Positions 1-15,000 of a stretch of DNA of 64,000 nucleotides are shown in pieces (the first letter of the stretch is position 1; every line of letters starts with the position of its first letter). Origin of the DNA: Candidatus Omnitrophota bacterium. GTDB lineage: Bacteria > Omnitrophota > Gorgyraeia > Gygaellales > Profunditerraquicolaceae. The position numbers and the translations under genes are program-made. The notes beneath the pieces were generated by a model. The model was not told the origin of the DNA. It searched no databases and worked only from the letters and a program-made list of their open reading frames with translations. The stretch covers positions 140,772 to 204,771 of the forward strand of contig JAQUOD010000002.1 of assembly GCA_028717245.1 (NCBI GenBank), given 5' to 3'.

Positions 1-2
1 TA

Positions 3-3000
3 AGGGGTATAAGGCTTGAAGAAGATTACCTGGCGGTATTATCTGAATTACATAAGTTACATTTCAGCGATTTTGATACCCAACTTTTTACTGTAGAAGG
101 AAAGCATTATCAGGCGCACGAGAAACTCGGCGCGCATGTCGTTAAGACAGGAGACTGCGCCATAGGTACTTATTTTGCGGTATGGGCTCCTAATGCCCTG
201 GAAGTTTCAGTGATAGGTGATTTTAATAAATGGAACCCAACATCAAATTATATGTACCGGGTGAATTCAAACGGTATATGGGCGCTGTTTATCCCGGGGG
301 TCAAAGAAGGCGATCTCTATAAGTTTTCCGTCAAAGGGTGTGACGAGGTAATCCGTAAAAAGATTGACCCTTATGCGTTCTTTAATCAGTTTCCTACTAA
401 TGAACATCAACTTAGTAATGCATCGATTGTCGGGAGTTTGGGTTATTCTTGGAAGGATGATGCCTGGGTTAATGAGCGTTTATCTAATCAGGGGCCTGAT
501 AAGCCCATTTCCATTTATGAAGTCCATCTGGGTTCCTGGCAGCGCAAAAAAGAAGATAATAGTTGGTTGACTTATAGAGAGTTAGCAGAAAAGCTCGCAG
601 AATATGTTAAGGATATGGGATTTACTCATGTAGAGCTTCTCCCTGTCAGCGAACATCTCTTTTACGGTTCATGGGGATACCAGACAAGCGGCTGCTTTGC
701 TCCCAGTTCACGTTACGGCACGCCCCAGGATTTTATGTACCTGGTTGATTATCTCCATCAGAAGGGGATAGGCGTCATTATTGACTGGGTGCCGGCGCAC
801 TTTCCCAAAGATGAAGCTGGACTTGTAGCATTCGATGGCACAGAATTATATTCTCATAAAAATCCTTTAGAAGGGGAACATCCTGATTGGGGTACGCGGA
901 TATTTAATTATGGGCGTGCCGAGGTAAAGAGCTTCCTTATCAGCAATGCTCTTTTCTGGCTTAAAGAATACCATATTGACGGGTTACGGGTAGACGCGGT
1001 GGCATCAATGTTGTACCGCGATTATGGACGTAAAGAAGGAGAGTGGATTCCTAATAAAGATGGCGGGAGAGAGAATTTTGAGGTAGTAGCGTTCTTGAAA
1101 GAGCTCAACGAAGTAACCCATAGAGAGTGTCCGGCTATCCTGACCATTGCTGAAGAATCTACTGACTGGCAGGGAGTTTCGCGTCCCACAGATGGGGGAG
1201 GTTTAGGGTTTTCTCTGAAATGGGCAATGGGATGGATGCATGATACGTTAGAATATTTTAGACACGACCCTATACATAGACAGTACCATCAAAAAGAATT
1301 GACTTTTTATCCTTGGTATGCTTTTTCTGAGAATTTTACTTTAGTTTTATCTCACGATGAGGTAGTGCATGGTAAAGGCTCATTAATAGAAAAGATGCCC
1401 GGAGATTACTGGCAGAAATTTGCCAATTTGAGATTGCTCTTAGGCTTGATGTTTGCTATGCCCGGGAAAAAACTTTTATTTATGGGGGATGAGATTGGGC
1501 AACATAGAGAGTGGAACCATGACGGAAGCGTTGATTGGTATGTTCTCGATAAAAAAGACGAACATTCAAATATGCATAGAGGCGTACAGAATCTCGTAAA
1601 AGCCTTGAACCAATTATATCAAAGCGAACCGGCGCTTCACCAGCGTGATTTTGAATCTTCCGGTTTTGAATGGATTGATTTTAAGGATGCCAAACAAAGC
1701 GTAATCAGTTTTATCCGTAGAGGCAACAACCCTGACGAATCTGTTGTGGTAGTTTTCAATATGACTCCCGAGCCGCGATATAATTACCATATCGGCGTTC
1801 CTTGCGGAGGAGTTTGGCGCGAAGTTCTTAACAGCGATGCTAACGAGTATGGCGGTAGCGGTATGGGTAATCATGGGGTAGTAGATGCCACAAGTGAGCC
1901 GATGCACAATCGCCCCTATTCTTTAAATCTTACCTTGCCGCCCTTGGGAATGCTTATATTAAAAGTTAATAACCAAGCCTCCTCCGCCACTACAAAAGTA
2001 CAGGAGGATTCAAGAACTCCCCAGGATAGATTTAGAGAATTTTTAGGGACCAAACCAGAAGAATTTAATCTATGCGAGGCCTTAAAGCGATTTGGATTGA
2101 GTTTGGAAGAAGGAGTTGGTATTTTACAAAAGGTAAAATATGATTTTGGCGAGTATCTTGAAGTTTTGGACGAGAACGGAAAGTCAACCGGAAGAATGAA
2201 ACAGAGAGGCGCCATCCATGAGCAAGGCGATTGGCACAGGACAGCGCATATAATTATTATAAATAAGAAGGGTGAGGTTTTGCTTGGAGTTAGAGGCAAA
2301 AAAGCGCATAGTTCCCAGGGCAAGATTGATATATCCTGCGCCGGCCACGTTGCCATAGAAGACGGCAGGGATACTGCTTTTGAAGAAATCAAAGGCGAAT
2401 TAGTGATAGATAAAAATGAATTGTCCGAATTATCTGTTATCGGGCAGGAGAACGGATTCAAGAAGATAGGCGCTCTGCAACAGGAAGAAAAGATTGATGC
2501 CTGCGGGGTTTATTATTACCGGACAGCCGGGATAAATAAAGAATTTTCTACTCTTTATGTTGCCATAACAGATCTAACTGCCGATGAGATTAACGCGAGA
2601 TTACGCAAGCAAGGGGAAAATCGCGCGGTCGAAACAGTTTACTATGCCAATATAGAAAAAGAAGTTAAAGATCCAAACAAAGACTACAGTATCTATAGCA
2701 GCACTTTTAAGCAATATTTCTTAAATAGGGCAATATTGGATAAGATAATTGTTTTCACTAACGACGGCTCAGCGGACACCGCCTTAGAACAAGCTAAACA
2801 TAAGGCGTGGGGAATATATATTGAAATAAGAAAGCAAAATAAAGTTACATTCAAAGATGGCCGTGAATTCGAGGCTTTCGCCCATCAGATAGCCAATGAG
2901 GTGGGTGTAGAATTTGGATTAGATGCGAATCAGATAATAAAAGTTGCCCTTTTCTTAACTACTGCTTTCTTCCCGGGATGGGGCGGCCTGCCGGCACCAA

Positions 3001-6000
3001 TGCCTAATCCATCATATAAGAGCTTAGGATCCCTTGATTATAAGAAGCTTGTAGAACAGGCCTTAGGCGCCGGCACGTCACTAGAAACATTCGAAGGTAT
3101 TATGGCAATTCTAGAAAAGTTTGGAGATAGAATGATACGGGCTTATATTTTAACATACGCCAAATCCAAGTTGTCTAATAATGGAAGGCTCGTTGTCCAG
3201 ATAAGGGCGGAGGAAATTATACGTGCCATGGAAGCGCCTCATAAAAATAATAACAATGGCTATTATAATAGGAGAAAGAGAGAAGAAGAACGGCAAAGAA
3301 AAATACCTGATGTTATCGATAAAAAGGGTCTTCTTAGCAGAATGGTTGGCCGGTTGAAGAAAGCAAGCCCCGAAGAAACAGCGCAGATAAAGAAAAAATT
3401 AATTGAAGCCAGCAAAGATGATGCGGATGCGGTTATCGGTCCTGTTGTCGGCGCCTTTGTTGATCCTGAAATAAAATGTGCCGAAGAAATCCTCTTTGGT
3501 ATCCTGGATACAACCAAAGACCCGGCTAAAGTTTTCAATCGTGTTGTCCGCGCCTTGCATGAACGCAAAACAGATTCGGGTAAAACCCTATACCTCTGGC
3601 AGGGGCAGTGGTATGAGCCTACTCCGGAGGAAGCATTACAGCGGATAAGGCGCTTAGAAGAGTTTATTCGAAAAGCTGGTAAGCAGCATCCGGTAGAGGC
3701 CGGCAATGCGCTTGTCGGCGCATTGGCTGATTCTGACCCGCAGGCAGTGCTTTCAGCAGAAGAACTTCTTTTGGGTATAACAGAAGTATTCCCGGGAACA
3801 ACTGACAGGCAGCGTATCGTTATTTTTCTTCACTCTGTTAGAGTAGCTTTGGCAATAAGAATATTTACGAAGATAGCTAAAGAAAAGCCGTCGGAAGTTA
3901 AAGACGTACTGACCAGAATTTTCGAGGATAGGCATAATTCAATAAAGGCCAGAAACAGCGCCTTTGAAATCTTAAAGGCATTGAATGAAACGTCCATTCC
4001 GGCTGGCGCGATGAATGGTGGAATAGGGCAACAGCCGGTTGGCGCAAGCAACCCTACTCCCTTCTCCCGCCCTGTCTCTAAGGAAGCCCAGGAGCAGGCA
4101 GAGAAACTCTATGGCAAGAACTGGACATCTAAAGCGTTTACCCTTGATGACCTCCGGAATAATATTCTTGTCCAGGGGCTGACTAAAGATAATGCAGAAG
4201 GATTAATAAAGCAGATAAATGAAGTATCAGAAAACATCACTAAGACAGGCCCTCCGGAAGATTTAGCTAAAACCAAGGAAGCCTTAACGCAAATAAGGTT
4301 CTATCTCTCCAATGACACGGAAAAACTTGAGAAATACCCTGGAACAGATCTTCCTAATGTTGCCTCTTCCATAATTGATTCAAAAGAGGTTTATCTACAC
4401 GTTATAGGTTACTGGCAACAGCCCGACCAGCAAACAATTCTCCACCACGAAATCAAAAGCCACATCGCTGACAATGAGGCGGATGAAACTAAGGCGATGA
4501 AGGATACGCAGAGGTACTACCCCAGAGTAGTAAAGATTGAACCTTCTATACTTGATGTATCAGACGAGGAATTTGAAACCAAGGTTCGCCAAGCAGTGCT
4601 TGCCGGAGCAGACCAGCTACATACTGATTGGACGGATATTGAATTTACAAAACGGCCAACTGATATAGAGAATCTTACATCCAAGGTTAGATTCCTTAAG
4701 AAAAATTTTAACTTGCCGGTAGATGCCCATTTAATGGTGGTGGTAGATAAGCCCGAAGAGAATACCTATATTAACGCGGCTATCAATGCCGGCGCGGATA
4801 TTATTATTGTGCATTTTAAGGACGCCCATCGGGATTTAGAGCACCTTAAAGAGACTATCGCATATATTAAGTCAAAAGGCCGTAAGGTGGGCATAGCGCT
4901 TAAAATACCCGAACCCATTAAGGAAATAAAAGAGATTCTTCCCCAGATTGACACGGTCCTCTTATTGGCAGTAGACCCGGGTTATGGCGGGAGCCCATTT
5001 GATATAAGCGTATTGGGTAAAATTAAGAAACTAAGAAAGTTTATAGATGCAAAACACTTGAAGGTTGAAATTCAGGTAGATGGCGGCATTAGGCCCGCGA
5101 TTGCCGAAATAGTTTTTGATGCCGGAGCGGATATTTTAATTTCTGGTTCCGCCATATTTAAAGCAGAGGATATTTGTCAGGCCATTACGAACTTAAGAAT
5201 CTATTCGTCTAGAGAGCGCCTGATACGATATTTACGCCGTTACAAACCGGGCGCGGCAATACCTCTTCAAGAGGTTTCCCGGGCCATAGGTATTACACTT
5301 CAACAGATAGAGCCGCTTTTAGACGCCATTATTGATGAGCAGCCCGGTAAGTATATAGTTAAAAGGCAGGATGGCGGATATGCAGTTCCTCGCGGTTTAG
5401 GTTGTGCCTCGCCGAGAGAATTTGAAAACTCTGATAAGCAGCTACCTTATCGTGTTTTTACCGGAAGATATGCCCGGTATACAAATGTGGATACGACACA
5501 ATTTGAGCAGATTATATTAGGGTTATTTAAAGTCAAGGCGTTATCTGAGTTATCCCGGGAAGTCCAAAGAGAAGTATGGCGATTTAAACAGGCTTTACCC
5601 GAAATAGAAGATGTCCATTTTCAGGCAAGGGGTACCGCCGATATTATGGGAGGCGTATTGAATTGTGAAATTTGGGATCCCATGGTACCCCCAATTTTAC
5701 ATAAATATCAGTTAAAAGCAAGGTTAATCCGGCGTGAAAAAATGAAAATTCCCAGATGGGCGCTTAATGATTACCATCAATATACAATTACCGAAGTAGG
5801 CGGGCACGAACTTATTGTTAATGTTACAGCTGACCAATATGAGTTTAAAGATAGCGGCGCATTTGGGGCAGCCGCATATTATGACTTGGGCGTGGTGGTT
5901 ATACCGATAGAGGCGTTAGAAGATGGAACTTTATTTATGTATGCAACAGGCTTTCCCCGCGAAATACCTATGGAGGGAGTAAAAATTTCTTCTGATCCGA

Positions 6001-9000
6001 AAGACCGGGTCCAAGAGATTAGTCCTAATCTTATTGGTCCGCTTAGCATCGAACAGCAAAGAGACATCGTTGATTATGTCCTGCAAGAGGCGCAGCCGCA
6101 GATATCTTTTGACCAGGTTATTCCAGTGCGGGAAAAACAGGCTTATAAAAAATTATTTGCCAGATACGAAGGATATAAAGCGAGATTAGAAATAGACCAG
6201 ACTGTCCCGCTACCTAAATATTATTATGTATATTATGCTAATAATCCGGTAGGTGGTTTAAGAGTAAATTTAGAAAGTAGAAGTATTGATTCTAAATGGT
6301 TTGATGTAGGCACAAAAGGCGTCTTCTGTAATGATTATCTTCCCGCAATAGCTACTACAGGAAGGTTTGTCCCTGAATATGTCTGTGTGCTTATGGCCTT
6401 GCCTTCAGATATTGAATCGGCTGTAAGGCCAGAGATATGGGAGGTAATAGAAAATAAAGGGAATAATATCATTTTTCGTAAGGATGTGCCTTTTGATTAT
6501 AACCAAATAATACTTATAATAGACGAAGAGCGCATAGGCCGGGATGAACTTAATCAATTAAAGGAGTTCGTCGATAAATATAAGCTAACCCTCATCAGCC
6601 TTCAAGAGGCACAATTGGAGGCAGAACTGCTTTTTGAAGCGCGCAAACTCTACGACCGTGCCAGTCTCATTGCAGAAGGAAGGTTAACCTTAGATGAAAT
6701 CAGGATTTATGACAGGCCGGATAATATGGTTGAGTTTTATGAAGATTTACGGCCCGGAGATATAGTAGCACTTACCGATAACGAAGCGTATAGAGAAGCA
6801 TTCAAATTAAAAGTTTACGGCTATATTACCGAAGAAAGAGGAGATAAGTATGTGAATTTCTATCACCATCGCCTGGGTAGAATGCAAAGGAAGAAAATTG
6901 ATATTCCCGATAAGGTCTTGGGGAGGGATTATTCTCCTTGGTTTGGCATATATGCTACGGAGTATAAAAGTTATGACCTTTATCTAATCCGGCCTACTAA
7001 CGTGGTAATTCCCCTTGAGTTTTTATCTTATCTACATTTTTATGAAATCCTTGCTTCTGAGGAATATTCCTTGAAATTAAGCTTAACCCCTAAGTTACCC
7101 AGTAAGGGCATAAACTATTTAGATACCCTGTTTTCTCTACCTGAAGAGACGATAAGTGTGGCCTTAGAGTATTATAAAGAGGCAATAAGGATTATGGCGC
7201 TTCCTGAGCCCGAAGAGTATATTTACCGCCTGAGTCGTGAGCCTACTCCTAAAAACGTACGATTGCTATTACAAATTACCCGGATAATTCTTTATGAAAA
7301 AAGCCCTGATTTAGTACCTCAGGAAGTTATAAGCATGCTTCACAATGTAGCTGAATATAAAATTAAAGAAATTCCGTTTAGCTATAGAGATTGGGCTAGA
7401 TACATATTAGAGGCAATTGAAGGCAGAAGAAATGGGGGTACTGCTGGCTTTATGGATGATTCACTTCAGCCCTCCCTCGTGGCAAAGTACATTAAGGATA
7501 TAAAATATACTCCCTTACGGCTACTCTTGCAAGTATTCTTCGCGCCTGCCATTGTCCCCCATGAAATTGCGCATCTGCTCAGGGCTATTAAAAGGAAAGA
7601 ATTAAAGGGATTCAGGCCAAGGCATCTACTGGAAGGCATCCCTATCTTAAAAACCGGCCTGCCCATCTTGAGACTAGAAGGCTGGATTACCAATATCGTA
7701 TTGGCCGCTATATCTCTCATAGTATTATGCCATGCCCCTGCCTTAATTATTATCTGGATATTTCTTACCAACTTATTTCTCACCATATTTGAGCCATTAT
7801 TAAGTTTCAAAAATAATGAAGGCGATTTTATTTCGGAAAAAAAGAAAGGGCTTTCGAATCCATTTATTGCCGGCTGCCTGTTGCTTTTTATTCCGGTGGT
7901 TTCCGGATTTATCATAAATTCATGCAGTATTTTAAATATCGAATCTTACTTTTTCATAATTGGTTTAGTTTTATTAGTTGCGATTCTGGCGATTTTCATT
8001 CTTAATTACCCGGATAAATGGTGGTCGGATTTTAATGCCCCCTCCGCCAGAGAACACAAAACCCTTAATTTATATAAGAAACGCATTATGGAAACGGTCT
8101 TGCATTGGGCTGAAATGTTATTGCTATCCGACCAAAGTCCGCTTGTAGTACGTGGTGCCATCACAGACTTATCTGACTTCGTTGTTGAAAATAAAAATGA
8201 AATCGAATCCTCAGAGTTTATTAAGCGTTTAATTGAAGAAGTAAAGGATTTAGGTTGGCTTACCTATAATGCCATGGTTTCCGCCTTAGAAAAATTAGGC
8301 GCTACCAAAGAAGAGTGGTTGGATTTTTGCGAGATTAAAAATGTAAAAAGCATAGATAAGCTTACTTACAACGCCATAAAAGGCCTATTAGTAAAGTTAG
8401 GCGCTAACGAAGAACAGATGGCATATTTTTATAATCAGGCAAAAGCGGTTGGTTCAGATGCGCAAACCCGTCAAGCCGCTGAAGGATCATTGATAGAGAT
8501 TATCAATTCAACTTCTAATAATGGATTATTGCTGAGATTATTATCGTTAAATGAAGGGGAGGATGATTTTAAAGTTAACCGGGCTATACGTAGGGCGCTG
8601 GATTTGTTAGCAGCCCAGGCAGTACTCAAGCGAGGGTATCCTGAAGGGGCCATACCAGCCATATCAGAAGAACTCAAGAAATTACTCTCTGAAATAGGCC
8701 CTTCTTTGAGCCAAGGTTTAAGGCTAGAGAATACTGAACTATTAAAGGAAAATCTCCGGAAATTATGCTCATTAATTACTGAGAAAGGCCATATAAATGT
8801 TAATTCTCCCAGCCCATTGATTAGGCTTCTGGTGACCAGCCTGAATAAGGAAGATGTCTTTAAAGTAATAGACCAGGCTGTCTCCATTGAGAAGAAACGG
8901 GAATTAAAAAAGATTCTGGTAAGCTGTGTTGCAGTTTCCCAACTAACTTATATCATCTTAGCCTTATTGGGTCTTGAGGTAAAAGGCGTTATTGCGCCTA

Positions 9001-12000
9001 TGCACGCTTTTACCTTAATCCCTCTTTCTGGTGGAAGGGTTTTATTTGTAGATTTTAGTCTCAAGCTGATTTTAGAGATAGATCTTCTAGAACATTATCA
9101 AGAAGAAGGAGAAGGCAAATACCTGGTTCTAAAACCAGAATACCGCATTACTCCTGAAAGATTACTTGAGCTTCAGAGGCAAAAAGAGCAAGGAATCTTT
9201 AGATACGATAGATTAACAGAAGAAGAACTATTTAGCCTCTTCTATTCTTATATACAGATAACCGATGGTTATGCCTTAACTTCTGCTATGTATAACAACC
9301 TCGGTAACACCTACGCTAAATTAGGCAGATATGCTGAGGCAATAGCAGAATATCAAGCGGCCTTAAGGCTCAATCCTAACTATGCTGCAGCCCACAACAA
9401 CCTCGGTGGCACATATTTTATATTAGGCCAGTATGCTGAGGCAATAGCAGAACATCAAGCGGCCTTAAGGCTCAATCCTAACTATGCTGCAGCCCACAAC
9501 AACCTCGGTCGGATCTACTTTGGATTAGGTAGATATCCTGAGGCAATTGACAGTTTGGCAAGAGCAGTTAACTTACGCCCAGAATTAATAGATAATCTTC
9601 GCAAGATAGAAAGCGTAAGGCAACTGGTAAAGGCGAGGGCAGAGGAGTTAGCTAAAGAAAACAATCATGGCCTTGCCTCCGCAGCCCAGGCAGCGATAGA
9701 GGAGGAGGATAACCCCAGCCGCACAGGAGAGTCCGAATCCCCCCAGCGTGGCGAGCGGGGAGATTTTACCAAAGAACAGATATTAAACATCCGCCAAAAA
9801 ACTATTGCCATTGCTGAAGGAAAAATGCAGATAGTGGAAATGCCCTGGGTAAATATGACTTTAAAGGAACGGCGCGATTCCTTCAAGGAGCGGCTCTCCA
9901 GAGAGGCTCCTGCCAGAGACCCGCCTTTAGCCGTTGGCCATATTGAAGTCCTGGCTGTTGCTGAAGAAGATAATTTCCGCGCCATGGCACTCGATATTAA
10001 CGGTGAGTGCGTCCTTCTCCTTACCAAAGAAACCTACCTAAAAGAATTTTCCGAAAAAACCCTCGACCACGAAGTATTGGAGTATTGCCTGGGTGACCAT
10101 AATAAAGCAGTAGCCTTAGTTAAGAAAGAAGAAAAAGAAGAAAACTTCATCCAGCGCCTAAAGCAAACCTTAGATAGCAGTGATATCCAGAATCTGCCCA
10201 AGGTATACCAGGCTTTGGATAAAGACCCGGAATTATTAAGCCTTAAGGCTGATCGTGCCAGGCAGCTATATAAACATTTTGATGATTTAGGTAATGAAGT
10301 ATATAACCAAGGCCGGGAAGAAGAGGCTATCTCCTGCTATAAGTTAGCTATCCTCTTTGCCAGGCGTGCCGGCGCCTTATTTGTGCACCGTAATGAAAAG
10401 CAGTGGATAGGCGATATCAGCCTTTTAGGAGGCAAGATCTCTAACTCTTTGGATATGATGACTGGGAATTTGGAGGTTCCGCCCTTCTTTGGGACAACCA
10501 GCGTCCTGCAGAAATACCTCTGGCTGTATAACCAGCTGTTGAAGCCGATGCGCGAGATTGCTTTTGACGTAGATGCCCAGTATGACGTGGATATCTCTAC
10601 TGCCGAGGGCCGGATGAAGGATATGGTTAACAACGCTAATTTTTCCGAGGACACAGCAGAGGCTATGTGGGAAGAATTAAAGGCCATTGCCGCTGCCGAG
10701 GGATTAGATCCGATCGAGCTTGTTGAATTTATCTTCAGAAGTTCGCAGGGTTTAGAGGATTTGCCGGGCATACCTTCTGCGGGTATCGGCGATAGCATTC
10801 CGGTGCTGGGCAGGATTGAAGATGCAATTAATGTATTTAAGCAGGTTGCCGGCTCCACTTACAATAAGCGGGCATTCCAGTACCGCGATAAGGTAGCTGT
10901 CTTCAGGTGGTTGATGTATGAAACGACCCTTAAGGATTTAGAATATCTGATAGAGACCATCGAAGAACTGAATAAAGAGGTTAAGCGATTTGAGGTTGCG
11001 GGCATCACCAGGGATATTGAGCCCATATTAAAGGATTTAAAAGAGAATATCTCGCCGATAAAACGCGAAAGAAAACAAATGTGTTATGTTTCCTCAAGGC
11101 GCATATTGGCATTATTAGAACTGGCCAAGGGACGTTATCCTGAGAGGCGTTTTCTTGTTCAGATGATTTCTTCCTTAGAAAAAATAAGGACAGAGAGCCT
11201 GGATCCGGTAAGGATCGGCGGCGGTATACAGGTGCAGTTGATGCGCTCCAGCGAAGTATCCTTTGTTGGTTTTACGGTGAACAAGATAACCGGTTGGACT
11301 GGTTTTAGCAATGGCCTGGCAATTGTGGATTTTGATGTAGCCTATGGCCGGGGGGAGAATATTGTCCAGGGCCGCATTATCACTGACCACTACAAGATAG
11401 CCATTAACCCTCAAACAAAAGCTGTGGTTATCCTGAATAAGACCTGCGGTTCTAAGATAGCTATGCTTAAGCGTGGTGAACCGGGGCAAAAGTATCTGGC
11501 CTGGAAGGATATAAAAAATGGCATTACCGAGGAGATTACTGCCCAGTTAGGAAAGGAATACAATATGGTTACTCCGGAAGAGATGCGCAATAAATTCGTC
11601 ATCTCTGATGAAGAGGCAAAAGACTTTGCCTTCAGGGCCTACAGGACGTACCAGGTGCATAATAGGAATAGGCCCCAAACACCCATTCCTGTAGATTTAG
11701 AGGCTTGCCTCTATCGTGATGCGCGAGGCAAGAGGCAGTATTCTATCGTGCAGAAGAGAGACTCTGCCTTAAGGAACGGTTTTGATTTTGAGGACCCGGA
11801 TATTCTGGAATTAGTGATGCGCGAGGTTGTTGCTTCTGATGCTGAAGAGGCCCAGGCAGAAGGCCGGCTGGTTGGCCGGGGTTTTGAGACGCTCAATGCT
11901 GCTGCGGGCACCTCTTTTTGGGTAGAAGAAATCTCCACAGAAAGGATAAGAACTGCTTTGCTCCAGATTTGGGAGGAAGGTAAAGACGAATCTGCGATTG

Positions 12001-15000
12001 AAGATTTAATCCCGGAAGGCTTCTCTCAACTGTCTGAAAAAGAGCTCCTGATTTTAAGTAAGAACCTAACGCAAAATAAGGGTTCTCTCTCTGAAGAAGA
12101 GCAGATCGCCTTGATTAAAGAGAAAAAGGCGGTTAAGGGGCTTTATGCAAAAGAGGAGCTTTCAACTTTAGTTAATCGTATAAGGAGGCTGCAGGAGTTG
12201 GCTGAATCAGGGATCCAGCAGGACTTTGATGTTGAAGGGCTGCAAAGAGAATTAGCCAAGGATACAGCCGGCATAATCAGTAAAGGAGAGCCTTTAAGTG
12301 AAACAGAAAGGCTGACCCGCAAAGTCTTGGTTGATGCTGCGATAACACAAACTAGTATAGAACGTATTATTCAGGGCATAGAAAAGCTCTATAAATTTGA
12401 GGCTGATGCTGACGGCAGGCTGAATTTATTCTCTTTAATCATCAGGTTGAATCTTTTCAGCAAACCCAAGGGAGATTTAAAGAGTGCCTCCCTGGAAGAA
12501 GAGACAGCTAAATTATCCCGCCAGCTTTTAGACCGGCAATTTGAGATAGTCAAGTCTTTTGATAATGTTATTCTGGTTGCGCCGGAGACCAACCCTAATT
12601 TTAATGATATTATGCAGTTGGTAGATACCAAGGGCGGCGCTACTGTCACCTTGCAGGGGGGCCCGGGAGCGCACGCGATTATTATTGCCACTCAGTTTGG
12701 TTATTGTGTAGTAGGCGGGGTACAATTTGCCGATCCTAAGATATTAGATAGGATCAGGAATGGCGAAAGGCTGCCCTTGACCGTAGACGGCAACAAGGGC
12801 CTTGTTTATTCAGGGAAGTTAGGTATTTCCGAGTTCTCTATCCTGAATCAGGTAAGCCGCTGGGGGAATTTCGGCAAAGAGATCGGATTGATTACTAATG
12901 CCACCAATGAATTAGAAAAGGCCGCAAAGCTTGCCAGGTACCAGGTCGTTGTCAACAAAGAAAGATATCCTTATATGCACGAGGATAAGGTAGGCGCCTA
13001 TATGGTCAGCTTGGACAGGATTGAGGAGATATTATTGCTTTTAGGTATTGACTTCAGGGCAGCATTTGCCTATGGCAGGCTACAGGCTTTAGAAAGAGGC
13101 GAGCTAAAGGAACTTGATTTAAACCAGCAGCAGCTAAATGATGTTGAGAAGATGCGCGCCAGAAAGGATGTCCAGGAGAAGATCAGAAACAAAATACCCG
13201 GCTTTGCTACGCCGGTTGAGTTCTTGCGCAAGTCCCTAAGTTACCACTTCTTACAGATGGTTTCGGTAACCCGGCCGGGCCAGATAGTTCAGGTCAGGGA
13301 AAGAGACTTTAAGAAAAGAGAAATTAATAAGACCCAGATTGGCGCTGAGCTCTATTATAACGATGAAGAAGCCTCTATGATTGGTGACCGCGGCAGCGGC
13401 CTTGAAGTAAGGGATGAGAATATCGAGGCGCTGGACCTTCAGCTTATGGCTGTCTCTGATGCCATAAAAGAGGCTAAAAAATTAGGCAATGTAGGAGATA
13501 TTGGCTTTATGTTTGTATTTAACCGCAAGATAGATGATTTTAAGAAGGCCCTGGGGAGAATAATTGATCTTTACGATAAAGGGATATTAGAAGAAGTGCC
13601 TAAGCAGGTAGGGGCGATGTTTGAACTAGGGATTAATGCCATATTGGCTGACCGGCTAATGCAGGCCCTGCTTGATTTCCAAAGAGAAATGCGTAAACGG
13701 GGAATAGAGCTAAAAGTTTACATCTCTCACGGCACAAATGACCAGACCCAGTCTGTTAAAGGCAGCAGGGATGAGGTCCGTTACATAGCTATAGATGCGT
13801 TCCTTCCTGGCGGAAAGAGAATAAAGGATATCCGCACCTTTTATGAGGGCGACAAAGGGTTGGTGGATAATGTAAAACATGGCAATGCCGTAGCAAGCAA
13901 AATGGGCGTTAAAAGTGGCCTTTGCGGTGAGGCGCAAAATAGCCTGATTACCCGCGGTAGCCCTGATGCCTTAGATGCCTGTTCAGACATAGCCAGCGGC
14001 CTTGATTCTGTTGGCGGCAGCGTGAAAAACTATTCCAAGCTGGTAAAATTATACGCGGATATGCAACTAAGCCGGCAGTCTATCCCTGAGGCAGTGATAA
14101 GGAGAGCAAAGGTTATTGCCAAGGGTATATCTTTGTTTAATAAAGGCGCTGATGTAAGAAGGGTTGTGTTTATCAGGGATTTGAATGATTTATTTAAAGA
14201 GCATATTATCTTAAGAGATGGCGCAAAACGTAAAGAGACGCGTAAGATCTCCAGGGTAGTGGAAGGGGATATTATGATTGTTGCCAGCGGCATTAACAGC
14301 GATAATCCGGACTTCCTTAAAGCCTTAAATCGCCGCGATGGCTATGCCAGCGGCATGGTTATTACAGGGCAGATAGAAGACAACAGCCCTCTCCTTTACA
14401 AGGCGAGGCAGTTAGGCATACCCACCATGCTCGTAGAAGAGGATTTATTTAATAATAAATTAAAGGATGGCCGGGAATGTGCTTTTGATTTCCAGCGCGG
14501 CCTGATCTGTGAGGTTGAGGGCATCAGTTTTGATATTGCGCCTCTGGTTGACGACACAGCTTACACGACTATAAATTGGAGCGCAGAACCGGCCACAATT
14601 AATACGAAATCTTTCTCTATGGATGAGATATACCGGGAAATAGGCCTGCATCCTTTGGCATTACTGCTCTATGCTTATCATACCGGCGAAATCCCCAACC
14701 CCCTCATAGAAACACGGCCTGACGGTGTTCAGGTAACCAAACTTGACCTTATCTTCTCGCAGCATAAAATACCTCTTCCTCGAGAAAAGCTCCCGGAAGT
14801 CTATGCTGATGTAAAAGAGCGCCTCAAGGATTATCAGGTAACCAGCGTAAGAGAATTATTAACCAAAGTATTCCTGGCACAATGCAATGCCGCTAAAGAA
14901 TCATTAGGTAAAGATACCCGTTTGGTATTTGAAACCTCTAAAGCTGATGTCTGGTTTTTTGAGACGCTTAAATGGGGTAAGCGCGAGACTGAACTTGAGC

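Noticed and set aside
364-570. Short + strand ORFs in the two alternate frames (364-570, 19759-19974, 44653-44880, 47093-47365, 51616-51846, 58114-58302).
   Set aside because: Each lies entirely within, and out of frame with, well-supported domains of the giant ORF (inside GlgB, inside the MTase/TPR region and so on). Their translations are not protein-like.
1921-1935. taa in ctttaaatc near the GlgB C-terminus, a potential GlgB stop codon.
   Set aside because: It is out of frame. In the GlgB frame the codons read tta aat ctt (L N L), and the frame continues.
9270-9570. Considered whether the regular 102-nt and 480-nt direct repeats could be CRISPR arrays or non-coding satellite.
   Set aside because: The units are in frame, encode canonical TPR and HEAT repeats, and are contiguous with no unique spacers. 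They are coding tandem duplications, not CRISPR.
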